Positions 21,549-34,100 of a stretch of DNA of 64,000 bases are shown here, piece by piece. The notes beneath the pieces are model-generated. The model saw only the letters and a program-made list of their open reading frames with translations, was not told the DNA's origin and searched no databases. Origin of the DNA: Corallochytrium limacisporum Hawaii (lineage: Eukaryota; Protista; Pluriformea); the NCBI GenBank assembly GCA_002811645.1, contig PDIP01000130.1, positions 41,775 to 105,774 of the forward strand. Direction: 5' to 3'. The first letter of the stretch is position 1; every line of letters begins with the position of its first letter. The translations under genes and the position numbers were made by a program.

Positions 21549-21724
21549 ATCGTCGAAATATCCGTGCACCTGTTCCATCGTTTAGTCTAGTCCTTTGGTG
21601 TTGCACAGACACTCTCATACACTGACTGTTATGGTCATGATAACGTCTTGTTGAATGCGAATATTGTATAGTTCAGATTAGTAATTATTAAGAACAAGAT
21701 TAGAGACTCACTGGGCGGTCGATT

Positions 21725-22456
21725 CTACTTGGTAACGTTACTCAATTCTTTGGATGATCCCGATGTTGCCGGATCTGTGCTTGAGGGTTGCACATTAGAG
21801 TTACTCCTGTAGAGCCCAAAGAATGATGTGAGACTGCCCATGAGCGATCCTTTGCGTTGCTGCTGCTGCTGCTGCTGTTGATTTGACAGAGAGAAGTCCT
21901 CCGCATCTCCACGTTGTATTGGAAAGTAGGGTAAAGACGTCTTGCGCACAAGTGGCGGAGTAGATCCTCTGCCGTCGCTCATTTCGTCTGTGATGGTGGC
22001 TACGGACGTTCTTTTTGAGTTCACCGAAGACGGCCCACGATGCTCCGAAATATCAATGTTACCCAGCGCCGCTGGTAAACTCGTGCCGAGTCCAGCCCGT
22101 TCGGATGCTACATGACTCATGTCCGATACTTTTTCTCCAGAACCAGTACTGTTGCTGCTACCCACGATGTGTTTCTCCTTTTCCGACCTTGGAGATCCCA
22201 AGATTTGTGCTGCCTGCAGCGCTAGCTCGGAGTCTGCGTCTATGTGGGTAGATTTGTGGGTGCGCATGTTTAACGGCGCAACGGGATGCTTTGAGCCCCC
22301 TGTAACATCATTGTGTGCTTTACTACCCTTGAGTGGTGGTGTGTGATTGTGGTGACCTGGGCAAGGCGTAGCATAATTAGGTCCTGCGCTCCATATGGCA
22401 TTGCACGCATTCGTAACAAATTTGTCCAAGACTGAATCCTCTTTGGCACTTGCCAT
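21725..22456 (-). CDS. Orphan, mostly disordered protein with polyQ and basophilic kinase-type sites
   Basis: About 243 aa, Ser-rich, with KRTS/RKTS/RKGS motifs and Q8. Start is uncertain (ATGs at 22513, 22498 and 22456). Confidence 0.6.
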   Translation of the reverse strand: MASAKEDSVLDKFVTNACNAIWSAGPNYATPCPGHHNHTPPLKGSKAHNDVTGGSKHPVAPLNMRTHKSTHIDADSELALQAAQILGSPRSEKEKHIVGSSNSTGSGEKVSDMSHVASERAGLGTSLPAALGNIDISEHRGPSSVNSKRTSVATITDEMSDGRGSTPPLVRKTSLPYFPIQRGDAEDFSLSNQQQQQQQQRKGSLMGSLTSFFGLYRSNSNVQPSSTDPATSGSSKELSNVTK

Positions 22457-23606
22457 AGTGAAGCTTGTGTTATGAGAGCTCTGGTACCTCGAAATCATAA
22501 AAGTTTGCTCCATCAAAGTTATCTTTCGACGTGCAGTTAAATCCAGTCTATTTCCATTCTTTCAGCCATTCCTGGCGGGACTCGTCCCCGTGTGCGTTCC
22601 TACCAAGCCTGGTACTTACGTTGCGTATGATACACCAATCCCAACTTACTTTCAACAACAGAGCAAACTATTTCCTTTACGAACCTTCACGATCACTAAC
22701 GCGCAAAAATTCAAATTCTATGAAACATGGAGAATTCATACTCATCCACAGCGTTCTACCGAAGTCCACAATCTTTCGACCGCACAATTGTCGGCCGTCA
22801 GCGCGGACCACAAATTGCCCAATGTCGTTATGTTGAGCCCCTGGGCGGGTAACAGGTCAACACTGCCTAGCGGGCCTCCTCTTCTCGCCGCGCCCCACAA
22901 CAGAAGAAGGCCCGAAGGAAACCTTGAGCGGGGAGAAGGCGGCAAAAAGCGATGAAGCATAGGTGAAGAAAAAGTTGCGGGTGTTTTGTCCGGTACCCAC
23001 CTCCTACAAGCGAACCGGGGAACCCGCGCACAGTCGGACTGCTCCACCTCCCACAGCAGAGACAAAGAAATACACGAGGAGAGAAAGGAGAGCATCGAGA
23101 GGGTAAGCAGAGCGAGCACGGAGTCTATTTCTCGCCTTGTATGGAGCCAACATTGGGGGGAGGGGGTGGCAGGGTGAGTCCCGCTCCGCTCCCTCGCCCT
23201 CGAGGCGGCTGCTGCTGCGGCGAGGAGGGGGTTGGGCGGCTGGTAAAGCTGGGGGACCAACAGGGGGTGGTGGACCCCGGGCCGCAGGGAGGCGAACCGG
23301 CAAGGGGAGCCCCGAGTCAGTCCGCCAACTGCTATTCCTTGATATGGATGACGTATGGAATCTCGGAGCCGAGACTGTTGCGTGGCGTGAGGAGGGTGTG
23401 CGGTGGGGCACCACAGTGGAGCATGTTTGAATATGGTTGCAAGCCAACTCAGAGCTACTTGAAACCCGTACAGAGGATCAAAATGACGCAGAACTACTCA
23501 CCATTAGGCTGCTTCTGTTCGTGTGAAGTACCCCACCGTTCGTGAAACATTGTGGCGGTAGAAGCCAGCCGAAGTTGACAACAGACCATGAGATAGGCTC
23601 CACACA

Positions 23607-24902
23607 ATGAGCACCAACGCCAAACGCCGGTTCTTTTCCAGCGTTGGCATTTTGCTCTCCAAAAATCATGATCCGTTCGTAAATCTTGCTTTTGAGGAGT
23701 ACATATTTCGTCGATGGTCATTTGTTACTAAGCCATACCTCCTGCTGTACGTGAACCGGCCATGTGTTGTCATCGGGCGCAATCAGAACCCTTGGCAGGA
23801 GTGCAATCTCTCCGCAATGGCCGAAAGACAGATTCCGCTCGTTCGAAGGAAGAGCGGAGGTGGTGCAGTCTACCATGACCTGGGAAATTTGAATATGAGC
23901 ATGCTGACCACCGGTGACATCTACGACAAGTATCGCACTGCAGAGGTGGTCCGCAAAGCAGTCACATCCCTCAAAGACACAGATCGTTTCAAGGACCTCT
24001 CCACCTCGATTACACCCGCTAGTAGTGATCGGCAGGACGTACTGCTCGGGGACCATAAGGTAAGTGGCAGTGCGTATAAAATTGGACGCAATGCGTACCA
24101 CCACTGCACACTGCTGATCGACGCGGACCTAAACGGGCTGCGTGGATTGCTGCGCCACCCGTTTGGGGAGACTGCGGAGTGGCGGTCGAAAGGTGTGGAA
24201 AGTGTGCGTAGCCCGGTCACAAATGTTGGGGAATTTATGGCAGTCAATGAGCATGGCACCATCGATCGGCGGGAGAACCTAATGCATCAATCAGTGAAGT
24301 CCATTGCGCAATCCTTCGCAGACGAGTTCACAGACTTTGGGGATCAGGAGATCGTCCCGGGTAAAGGAATCCCAGAAGTCATAGAATTCGACCCTTTGGT
24401 CCCTCTGGAGGAGCAAATGATTGAGTCCCCTCTGCTCAAGTCCAAACGTCTTGCGGATGGCCAAACAAGTGCACAGGTTACTGTCACAAATGCCACCGAG
24501 CTCCGCAGTTGGGACTGGATCTTTGGACAGACGCCACACTGCGAGTTTAGCACGGCGTTGACACCGGACCTCGGTCTCTTTGTGACAATCTACCGTGGAC
24601 GGTTGAAGAAAGTCAGTGTGGCAGCGTCAACATCAGACGGAGCAGAGTCCGTCCAAGCCTCACCTCTCTCCCCTGATGCCAACACTTACATGGAGGAAAC
24701 GGTCCTGCCGCTCGTGAACGATGGCCTCCTCTCCCTGAAGGATTTGCTTTGTAGCCGAAGCACTGTACACGGTATTCTCTCATCCATGGCACTGAGTCAT
24801 AGGGGCATGCACCGAGAGCTGCTAGAACGGGTCAGGGACGGATTGGATGCAATGCTCGGCGATACGGACGCGCATGCTCAGCCGTCATCGACATCGAAAT
24901 GA
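23607..24902 (+). CDS. LIPT1: Lipoate-protein ligase A / lipoyltransferase 1 (mitochondrial)
   Basis: NLAFEE, VVIGRNQNPWQECN, RRKSGGGAVYHDLGN, KVSGSAYK, SVRSPVTN and WDWIFGQTP; short Arg-rich N-terminus. Confidence 0.93.
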   Translation: MSTNAKRRFFSSVGILLSKNHDPFVNLAFEEYIFRRWSFVTKPYLLLYVNRPCVVIGRNQNPWQECNLSAMAERQIPLVRRKSGGGAVYHDLGNLNMSMLTTGDIYDKYRTAEVVRKAVTSLKDTDRFKDLSTSITPASSDRQDVLLGDHKVSGSAYKIGRNAYHHCTLLIDADLNGLRGLLRHPFGETAEWRSKGVESVRSPVTNVGEFMAVNEHGTIDRRENLMHQSVKSIAQSFADEFTDFGDQEIVPGKGIPEVIEFDPLVPLEEQMIESPLLKSKRLADGQTSAQVTVTNATELRSWDWIFGQTPHCEFSTALTPDLGLFVTIYRGRLKKVSVAASTSDGAESVQASPLSPDANTYMEETVLPLVNDGLLSLKDLLCSRSTVHGILSSMALSHRGMHRELLERVRDGLDAMLGDTDAHAQPSSTSK

Positions 24903-27900
24903 GCACCATAGTGCTCTGTATATTAAAGCAATACCTGTATCATGGTCAGTATAAGTTACAGAATACGAGGTAGGCCAGGTTAAAATGGACTCCGCTTCAG
25001 AACTCCCCCGTTCCTCTCCGGCGGGGCTCCTCCCACAGCACCATTGACACAAATATACCCTACGGTCGTTATGGCAGGAACAGTGTGGGTACGAATCTTT
25101 ACTCGGGAATGTCCAGTATGATCGACAGCAAACTTCAGAGAATTGATACCTGTGACACCTATACTTTTTGCCCTCCCCGTTTTTTGCTCGCACCAATTCC
25201 AGGGAGCTTCGAGCAAACAAGGGAACTTGTAGTGAACGCACTGGGGCGCGCACTCCCTCGATGTGTGCGCGGAAGCGGAACGAATCCGTACTGTGGGAGG
25301 GTGACAGAGAGACAGATGGTCTGCGTGGATGACCGGCATCAGGCAGTCATTGAACTGCGTGTCGTAATAGGTATCGGCACGTGTTCATCCACATGTTGTT
25401 TTTCTTGGTCATTTATTAGGAACCAACCGTGTGCCATCGCTAGAGATCGCATGTCCAGCGCGTACCACCTCCCCTCCTGGGTTCATGGCAGAACGCTTGT
25501 GCGCGGAAGTGAATATATACTGCAAGCCCACAAAGGTTTTCCGCCACAAGGGCCCCCGCAAGGCCGCCCCGGCGCCTCCGTGTCTCTTCCTCCCCACCCC
25601 CCTCCCTTTTTTTTTTACCAGCGCAGAAGAGCCGGCCGTTCAAGTGTTTTTTCTTTGGTGTATTTTTTTTCTTTCCTTGCTTTCTCTTCACCATCCAACA
25701 CCGTCCGCACGGCCCACCCCCCGGTGCCCCCGGGGGGGGGGGGGGGGGGGGGGTGGGGGGGGCTCCCCTTTTCCATTTCTTTGTTTTTTNNGGGGGGGGG
25801 GGGGGGTGGTGGGGGTTGGGGAGGCTTCCCTTTTCCATTTCCTTGTTTTTTTTTGGTCCGTGCCCTCCTCCGGTCCGCCCCAGTGTTGCCTACAGCAACC
25901 AGCCTGGAAAGGTAAGGAGAGGCAAGAGCGCGGCCGGGAGCGGGAATATTCTCCACGGAGAGATAGAGAGCGAGAGAGCGAGAGAGCGAGAGAGAGAGAG
26001 AGAGAAAAAGAAAAAAACTAAAGAGGTCACCCGTGACACCACAACAAACAAGCAAAACCAATGGGAGATCTGGGCTGGAGGATAGGACTATTAGAAAGCA
26101 AGAAAAAAGGGAGGAAAGAAAACAAAGGTAGAAAAACAAGGGTGCAAACGGCCTTTTCTTTTCTTGTCGGGAGAGCCCCGAAAGGGGGGAGGAAGGGNNN
26201 NNNNNNNNNNNNNNNNNNNNNNNNNNNNNNNNNNNNNNNNNNNNNNNNNNNNNNNNNNNNNNNNNNNNNNNNNNNNNNNNNNNNNNNNNNNNNNNNNNNN
26301 NNNNNNNNNNNNNNNNNNNNNNNNNNNNNNNNNNNNNNNNNNNNNNNNNNNNNNNNNNNNNNNNNNNNNNNNNNNNNNNNNNNNNNNNNNNNNNNNNGGG
26401 GGTGCGGGTTCCTCCTTCTATTTTTTTATTTGCCCCTGTTGAACGCATGACACCCCAAGGAATCCTGTTCGGAGAGGACGAAGCGAAACGAGAGGGACCC
26501 CTCCCTTGCCGCGGCGGGACGGCTCTCGGAAGAGGGACGAGAGGACCGGAGGACAGAGGGCGGGTGTTTTCCCTTTTTTTTTTCCCGTTTTCTTAGTTCT
26601 CTCCGTGGTTCGTTTCCGGCCTTGTTCTTCCCCATCTCTTTTGCCCTCCCCTTTTTTCTTCTTTTTTTTTTTCATTAAAGCTTCTTTTGTTCTCGGGCTT
26701 CTTCTCGGTTCCCCCTTTTCATTTTTCTTTCTGTTTTTGGCTAGCAGTCTCGTTCTGAGGAGGAAGGGCACCCCTGTGAGTTTCAGCTTGCGGATTTTTT
26801 TCTTTGTTTTCTTTTTTTCGTCCCCCGCCCCCCCCCCCCTTTCCGGCATACTCCAGTACAGGGCGCAAATGGAGGAGTTGCAGGGCGGTGGAAAGGGGTG
26901 TGGGGTAGTTACTTGGACCCCATCAATCGGTTCATTCGTCGTCGTTCTTGGTCTTCACAAAGGCCCCTGACGTACAAAAAGGTTTGGCCGTTCGTAGACA
27001 GCGCCGAAGGTTTATTAGGTACCGACAAGCTGGCAGGCCTCAGCTATCGGATCTCTCTCTCTCTCTCTGTGCATGAGATTCCATCGGCAGTGTCGAGTGA
27101 GCATTTCATCACTTTGGGTCCTGTGCAGGCATCGACGATTTTGCTTCCTGTGGACAAAAGAAGGTCCCGCATGCATCAGGTTTGCATAGCGATACGCACC
27201 CTGTTCGGTTGTTTGCATGCAGCATGGTGATACACCCACACCCGTTGCAGATTTCCATACAACCAAAAAGAGAGATTCTGGAGAACCATTGTAGCCTACG
27301 TTCGTGCGTCACATCACGGTGAACCGGTCTGGATAGTCCACAAGAAGGGGCAGCAGGATCAATAGGTTACAAGCCCACGGATGGGCAAAATGGGCAAAGG
27401 ATCAGAATGTGAGCCAGACAACCCGAGCAACGACAGCCATTAAGGACCCAAGTGTTCGAGATCGCGGGCGAAAGAAAGTTCGAACCGTGCCCTATTTTTC
27501 TTTCCCGGACAGGCCGCGTCTTATCTGTTTCCTGCAGGCCCCGGGACCCCCTTCGTCCGTGGCACAGGCAAGCAACAAGTGTTGTTCACTCCGTGACGAA
27601 GCCCTTTTTCCTTCAAGAGGCCAGGTCTGGACGCAAATGTATCTTCGGACAAGTGTGTACAAGCTCTCTCCGTCAAGGACCCATTCTTTCTTCGACCAAA
27701 AAGCGTGTACGCCAAGAGGAGGACGCAACAAAGCAAGAGATTTTTGCATGATGACATGCTGAAAGAATAGCGCAATAAAAACACGGAAGCAACAACCACA
27801 AAAAAAAAACAAAACAAAAACTCCCCCTCCTTGTTTCATTGTTTCATAATATGATTATAGCGAAATTCTTTATATGGTGGTTGGCTCAGTATCGTCCCAT

Positions 27901-28018
27901 TCTTTTTGGTGTTACAAGCATAAATGTATGGGCCAGGGTATGGTTCTCGGTTGCCAATCTCCCTAAAAACACAACAAAAGGGAAACATGCGTTTGAGGAG
28001 GGACACCTGCGTAAGGCA

Positions 28019-31000
28019 TTAAGGCATGCTGCGAGTGCTGGCACTGCGCGCCAGTGTAGTGTTGCGCTTCATTCCTGTTTTCTGCACGTACGTACGGTAC
28101 GCACTCTGGAGCACACGGCCGAGATCTTCGCGATGTACTGGTTTCGGAATGTGCTGGTCCATGCCGCTCTGTTCGCACTGATCGCGGTCGTTGCTGGAGG
28201 CCATTGCAGTAAGTGCAATGATATACGTCTTCTTCGCATTCTCGAGCATACGAATCTGCCTGGTGGCCTCGAAACCGTCCATGACAGGCATATGCACGTC
28301 CATGAGGATGAGGTCGTACTCAGTCTGACGACACCGCTCAACAGCTTGAGCACCATCGCCAACAATCTCAAAGTCATCTACGTTGAAGCTAATTAGGTAC
28401 TTCTCGATGACCTTTTGGTTGATGCGGTTATCTTCGGCGACCAGTACCTTAAGAGCCCTGAAGCGGTTCGTATCATAGCCCTTGCGATGTCCAGGCATCA
28501 TATGGCTCCGCTTAAGACTGGCGCTCTGGCTAATGTCAATGGTGAAGTGGAAGGTCGTGCCTTCGCCCTTCTTGGAATCAAACCAGATGCGTCCGCCCAT
28601 CGCAGACACGAGCTGCTTGCAGATCGCCAGACCCAGACCAGTACCACCGTACTTCCGAGTGACACTGGAGTTTTCCTGGGCAAAGGGCTGGAAGATCTGA
28701 GAATGCATGGCTTCGGCAATACCGACACCGGTGTCTTTGACTCGCACATAGAGAATGGAATCATCAGAGGCGGTCGAAGTTGAGGTACTCAGGTCAGAGT
28801 CTTGGTCTGTGAAGTCCCGCACTGGATTAGCCATGGTCACGTTGACAGAAATACTTCCCTTCTCCGTGAACTTGGCAGCATTCACCAGCAAGTTGTTGAA
28901 AATCTGCATTAAGCGTGTAGAGTCAATGTAAACCGTATCCGGCACACTGTCATCAACATGGGTGGCCAGCTCAACTCCCTTCTGCACAGAGTACAGATGC
29001 AGATTGTACAAGCCAGAAACCAACGACCTCATGTCGTGGGGCATGATTTCCAATTCCAAGTGACCAGCACCAGCCTTGGAGTAATCCAAGATGTCATTGA
29101 TGATTAGAGCCAGAGACTTTGATGACTGGTAGATGGTGTCCACCATCATCTTTTGATCCTGCGACATATCAGTAGTACGCAGCACATCGCTCATTCCCAT
29201 GATGCCGTTCAGCGGAGTGCGCAATTCGTGGCTAACGGTAGCAATGAAGTGCACCTTGGCCATGTTGGCCTTTTCGGCAGCTTCCTTGGCTTGGTAAATC
29301 TCGTTCAGGGATTGACGAGAAGTGGTGATGTCGTGAATAATGCACACACGGCCGAGGCATTCGCCGGTATCGGGTGTGATAATGTCCTCAAACTTAGACT
29401 CGCACACCATTTCCGGTGCATTCTTGCGGACAATCAGGAACTCTTTGACTGCGGATGCATCAGACTCTGCGTCATCCAATGCCTGCGCACCAAACTGGAG
29501 GTCGTCCACCAGGTCCAATTTGAGCGGATTGCCGTCCGTGTCTTCAGTCATCTTCATCTTGTTGGCGACCATGAGACCGTACCGAGGGTCCTCTTCATGC
29601 CACGACTTCAGCTCCTCAAGAGAGCGCACACCGAACATGCGCTTGGCCGTGTCATTCATCAAGGTTTCCCCTCCATTCATATTGAGGATGATGACTCCAC
29701 TGGTCATGGAATGGAGCGTGGCATCCAGGAGTGTTGCATTGATCCTGCTCTTTTCTTCACTTTCCACCCAGTCGGTGACATCGTGGAAGATGCCAAAGAT
29801 ACCCTTAATGGTCTCGCCGTCCTCGTGGACCTGGACGTGGCCAGTGCTACGCACGTGCCTGATAGAACCGTCCTTCCGGACCAATCGCAACTGGAACTTA
29901 AATCCAGACTTGTTTGTAATGGCATCCTGGATGGCCGCCGAAACAGAGTCGCGGTCGTCAGGATGGTAGTAATGGATGCCTTGGCTAAGCAGTGGTTCAT
30001 AGGTCAGAGGATCCTCGCCATGGATGCGGTAGGTCATTTGAGACCAGTGAATGCGCCCGTCACCAGCGGCCAGAGTCTCCCCGGGTACGAACCAATGTCC
30101 GAGGTTAGCCTGCTTTTCTGCTAATTCCAAAAGATGCTTCTGTCCCTGGAGCAATTCCTGTTCGTCAACTTCCTTGCTGTTGTCCAAGGTGAAGCCTTGA
30201 ATAATACCGCGCAGTGACTGTGGAGTATCAGGAGACACACCCAGAACCTTGCTGCTTTCCTCCCGTGTCCACGGAACAAACTGTGCGCTTAGGCGCATAA
30301 AGCGGACGTCGCTCCCCTTTTTGTAGCTAAATTGTAAGTTAATAGAGTCCTTCTTGCGCTTCATAAGTTCCCCAAACTGAAATTCCATTCCTGGCCCGTC
30401 ACTCTCTGATACTGCGGACACGAATTCTTTCATGCCGCAACCACGGCGTAGTCCCATAGCGGAAAGGAGCGTGTCGCTCATACTGAACTCCCCAGTCAAG
30501 GGGTCCATAGCAAAGTGACCACCCCCAACTGCCTCCTTTACGCTGTCTCCGATGGTATTGATGGGAGCCACACAGTTGGCATACTCCACTGCGACAATGT
30601 AAAGGGGATTGGACGCAGCCCCATTTTCTGTGCTGTCCATGGACGTAATCTTTACAGGTACACATGCCGTGGATCCTTTGATTGAAAATGGCGCATAAAG
30701 TGCTATGTCTGGATCATCTACAATGCTACTGAGACTCACAAGATGGCTCTTGAGGGCCACAAGAAAATGAACTAAACTGCGCTTGTCCAGACCGTGCCAG
30801 TCAGTCCATTCGCCTATCGACTCAACTATCTTACCGTCTACTTGTGCACATATTCCCAAGAAGTCACTTAGCCCTTGGGTAATGTGCACCACAACTACAT
30901 CTTTGTCGTCTGTTACCTGCAGAATCATACATTGTGCCTTCGTAATATTGAGCAGCTGAATAAGAGAAGCACGCGACAGATCGTCTCCGACCACAAGTGC

Positions 31001-31126
31001 CGACGACCCATCGCTCAGGGTGCTCATATTTTCGCTACCCTTGATTGAAACGATATGGTCTCGTTCAATACTATCAATTTTTGATACCGCCTTGACGGTA
31101 CAGTCCGTCATTTTGTACAAATTCAT
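28019..31126 (-). CDS. Hybrid sensor histidine kinase (PAS/PAC-HisKA-HATPase-receiver)
   Basis: PAS_3-like YYHPDDR...RLVRKDGS; H-box VSHELRTPLNGI; N-box NLLVNAAKFT; G boxes DTGVGI and GGTGLGL; receiver AEDN..ILMDVHMPVMDG..KP. No obvious TM segment. Confidence 0.96.
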   Translation of the reverse strand: MNLYKMTDCTVKAVSKIDSIERDHIVSIKGSENMSTLSDGSSALVVGDDLSRASLIQLLNITKAQCMILQVTDDKDVVVVHITQGLSDFLGICAQVDGKIVESIGEWTDWHGLDKRSLVHFLVALKSHLVSLSSIVDDPDIALYAPFSIKGSTACVPVKITSMDSTENGAASNPLYIVAVEYANCVAPINTIGDSVKEAVGGGHFAMDPLTGEFSMSDTLLSAMGLRRGCGMKEFVSAVSESDGPGMEFQFGELMKRKKDSINLQFSYKKGSDVRFMRLSAQFVPWTREESSKVLGVSPDTPQSLRGIIQGFTLDNSKEVDEQELLQGQKHLLELAEKQANLGHWFVPGETLAAGDGRIHWSQMTYRIHGEDPLTYEPLLSQGIHYYHPDDRDSVSAAIQDAITNKSGFKFQLRLVRKDGSIRHVRSTGHVQVHEDGETIKGIFGIFHDVTDWVESEEKSRINATLLDATLHSMTSGVIILNMNGGETLMNDTAKRMFGVRSLEELKSWHEEDPRYGLMVANKMKMTEDTDGNPLKLDLVDDLQFGAQALDDAESDASAVKEFLIVRKNAPEMVCESKFEDIITPDTGECLGRVCIIHDITTSRQSLNEIYQAKEAAEKANMAKVHFIATVSHELRTPLNGIMGMSDVLRTTDMSQDQKMMVDTIYQSSKSLALIINDILDYSKAGAGHLELEIMPHDMRSLVSGLYNLHLYSVQKGVELATHVDDSVPDTVYIDSTRLMQIFNNLLVNAAKFTEKGSISVNVTMANPVRDFTDQDSDLSTSTSTASDDSILYVRVKDTGVGIAEAMHSQIFQPFAQENSSVTRKYGGTGLGLAICKQLVSAMGGRIWFDSKKGEGTTFHFTIDISQSASLKRSHMMPGHRKGYDTNRFRALKVLVAEDNRINQKVIEKYLISFNVDDFEIVGDGAQAVERCRQTEYDLILMDVHMPVMDGFEATRQIRMLENAKKTYIIALTAMASSNDRDQCEQSGMDQHIPKPVHREDLGRVLQSAYRTYVQKTGMKRNTTLARSASTRSMP

Positions 31127-34100
31127 TCAAACCATCCCAATGTTATCGACCCAATTCTTCCTATCTATCCCTTGAAAATATTAAACTTTCTGATCACTGA
31201 GAACGCCGGTCTCTATCGCATATATACATATATCTGGGCACAGATACACCTGATGTGGGAAAGAATGGCCGTCATGGTGTTGCATAAATATGTGCAAATC
31301 AAATGTGCAATATATTGCACATGGATCTCTGAAATAGCGCCCAAAAAAGTTCGCGATCGGGACCCATAGTCTGGATAAGTCTTGAACATGTCAAGACTGG
31401 TCATGTTGGCTTCACGACGAGAACACATTACAACTCATTCCCTTTGCCATTCAGTCATCACAAGTCTCCGACGTTACGAGCAAGGGAACCGGTAGTTACT
31501 GTCGTCGTCGTGCGAGTCCGAAAGGAAGCGATCAGACGCAACCTACGCTACGGGAACAGCAGCCAGAGAGGGGGGGGTAAGGGGGGGGGGAAGTTGGCAA
31601 CCCCGCGGAGGTGAGCCAAGAGGTGCAAAGCATATAGTCTGTCATGCTGGTCAAAGACTCCGGGGCTTCCAGGTACATATATAAAGTATATAAAGAAAAG
31701 GGAGAGAGCAGACGGGAAGACCCATAAGTAAAAAAAAACTCAGTCGCGGACGCGAATGGCAGCGTTTTCTTTCGAACGGGTGTGCTGTAGAACAGAGCAG
31801 GACGGAATTGAAAATCCGGGCCCTCCCCGGACGGAGAGGCAGGGAAGGGAAGGGAAGGGAAGGGAAGGGGGGGGGGGGGGGAGGAGGAGANNNNNNNNNN
31901 NNNNNNNNNNNNNNNNNNNNNNNNNNNNNNNNNNNNNNNNNNNNNNNNNNNNNNNNNNNNNNNNNNNNNNNNNNNNNNNNNNNNNNNNNNNNNNNNNNNN
32001 NNNNNNNNNNNNNNNNNNNNNNNNNNNNNNNNNNNNNNNNNNNNNNNNNNNNNNNNNNNNNNNNNNNNNNNNNNNNNNNNNNNNNNNNNNNNNNNNNNNN
32101 NNNNNNNNNNNNNNNNNNNNNNNNNNNNNNNNNNNNNNNNNGGGGGGGGGGCCTGCTGGTGAAAACGGAAAGAGACAGAGAGTGAGGTAGCTAAGCCTTT
32201 TACCCTTTGCCCAGCCCTCTCACTCTGTATCCCTACCGAGCGTCGAACAATACATAGATCTGTGGTCGTGCGGTACTTCGGATCTCAAAGACCCAATAAT
32301 GCTTAATCTTTCATTTCGATTTTGCAAACCAATCCTGATCCACCATTGCCACATCCCTACTCTCCCTTGCAACTTTTTCTTCTCATTCTGATTTGTGTGC
32401 ACTCTATCTTGTCCTGCATTCGCTGCTGAAACTTTTCCCACCACGGGCCATCCAGTACCAAACAGTACCAAGGGGGGCAGCTACAACTCGTTTCTGTGTC
32501 CGTTTCATCGCGCAATTTCCAACCTTTTTTTTTTCGTCAACTCCCTCCCTTTTTCTTCTTTATACCGGCAAGGCTTTGAAAATAAGTATCTGACGAACCA
32601 TTCATAGGTAAAAAGGTTACCTGCCGCTCCTTTTCTGATTTCTGTTGTTGGTCTGACAGGCTGTGACATTGGGGGAAAGGTACAAAGAACAAACCCCACC
32701 TCTCCCCCCCCCCCAATGGGACCACACAGAAAACGACTAAAAAGTAAGAGCTCTTACAAGGACGGGGCACATAGACAAGATGTTGTATAGAATAAGACAG
32801 CTGTGATTGCTGGCTGTTCCCCGTCATACACACACACACACACACACGCACACACACACAAAGACGCTCTCTACCCAAAGGGATGGCGATATCCCCTTCC
32901 CCGCACACACCCCCACACCCTCCCATCACCGCGGGGCGCCCCGGGGCCCCTCCCTTCTCCTCCCCCCCTCTCCTCTTCCCTTCCCCCCCCCCTTCCTCCT
33001 CGTTCCCTTCCCTCTCCTCAGTGTTGAATGCACTTGATCAAAACTGGGGCAGGGCGAGGGGAAGCATATGGAATTTGCCCTGACAGGGCTCTATTCATAT
33101 CGAATTGCTATATCAAAACACCAGCGAAGCAATTTCACGGCAGTACGGCTCATGTTTCATACGGCCCGGCCCCCATTTCTTGTTTTGCGAAGAAGAGAAA
33201 CATCAGACGACCAAACAAATGTTCTTGTGGACTGATGCCCAAGTTTCCGAAGACCATACAAGCCCCGATCAGCCAACAAAATCTTCAATGAGACAGTTTC
33301 TCTTCATGTGCACAGAAACAAATGGATAAAAGGAAATGCAAGCATCATGCAGAGAACATTTCGCTTCCGTACTTTGGGATCTCCGGTGCTCTGAAGTTGT
33401 TCGGTCAACAAAACCTTTAGTGAGCTGACATCGATCATCAGCTCACTCCCCTCCGCATGTTCCCGCTGTCCCTCCCCCCCCCACCTCCCTCCTCAGTGCA
33501 TATCACATACGTTGTTCCCAGACAAGGGCAAAAACCACAGCATGCAAAACCTCGATTTGGGCAGGACAATCTTTGGGCTCGGTTGGGTCCCGACTCTTGT
33601 AGAGAGACCAAGGAAACAGATATGTAAAATGGAGTCAGAAAAAGACCGAGATAAGGCCCCTTGGGGACCTACGCCCCCACAGCAGAAACTTGCCAACAAC
33701 GCCGATGAAACCAAACACTGCCGCAACCACGTAGGCAATGTGTCCAGATCACATAGATGGCTTTGCCTTGTCCTGCCCTTTCTCCCATACTAAAATTACG
33801 CATATTTCTGCAGACCATTTCCCTCCCGCCGAGTTGACGAGGCTTGCCTTTGACCAGAATTGGACTTGTCGCCTGACCTTCTCTAGTTTTTTACTCCCGT
33901 TCCCTGCTGCAAAGGAAAATTATGAAAACCTATGCTTGGTACTGTGTTTTGTCTTTCTTTTTGTTTCATAGGTTTTCTATTTCTTCTCATTTCTTAGTGT
34001 TACATTCCTTTGATGGCTCCCACCTTCCCCTTCCCCCCGCAGTGGCAGCGTCCGATAACCACACAGAATATTGGGGCCAACTAATTCTAAATGCACACTC

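Noticed and set aside
25732-25855. Duplicated G-run/CCCTTTTCCATTTC unit around 'nn'
   Set aside because: Same overlap artefact in low-quality homopolymer sequence.
25085-26970. Long ORFs through homopolymer, microsatellite or N tracts (also 35358-36428, 45727-46422, 52732-53460, 61308-61979)
   Set aside because: Low-complexity or gap-spanning frames with no protein-like content.
29153-30124. Long antisense ORFs (also 13190-13852, 20334-21044, 42106-42756, 59363-60043)
   Set aside because: Shadow ORFs of real genes on the opposite strand, caused by codon bias.
33419-33447. Perfect 10-bp hairpin AGTGAGCTGA/TCAGCTCACT
   Set aside because: About one such hairpin is expected by chance in 64 kb, and there is no supporting context.
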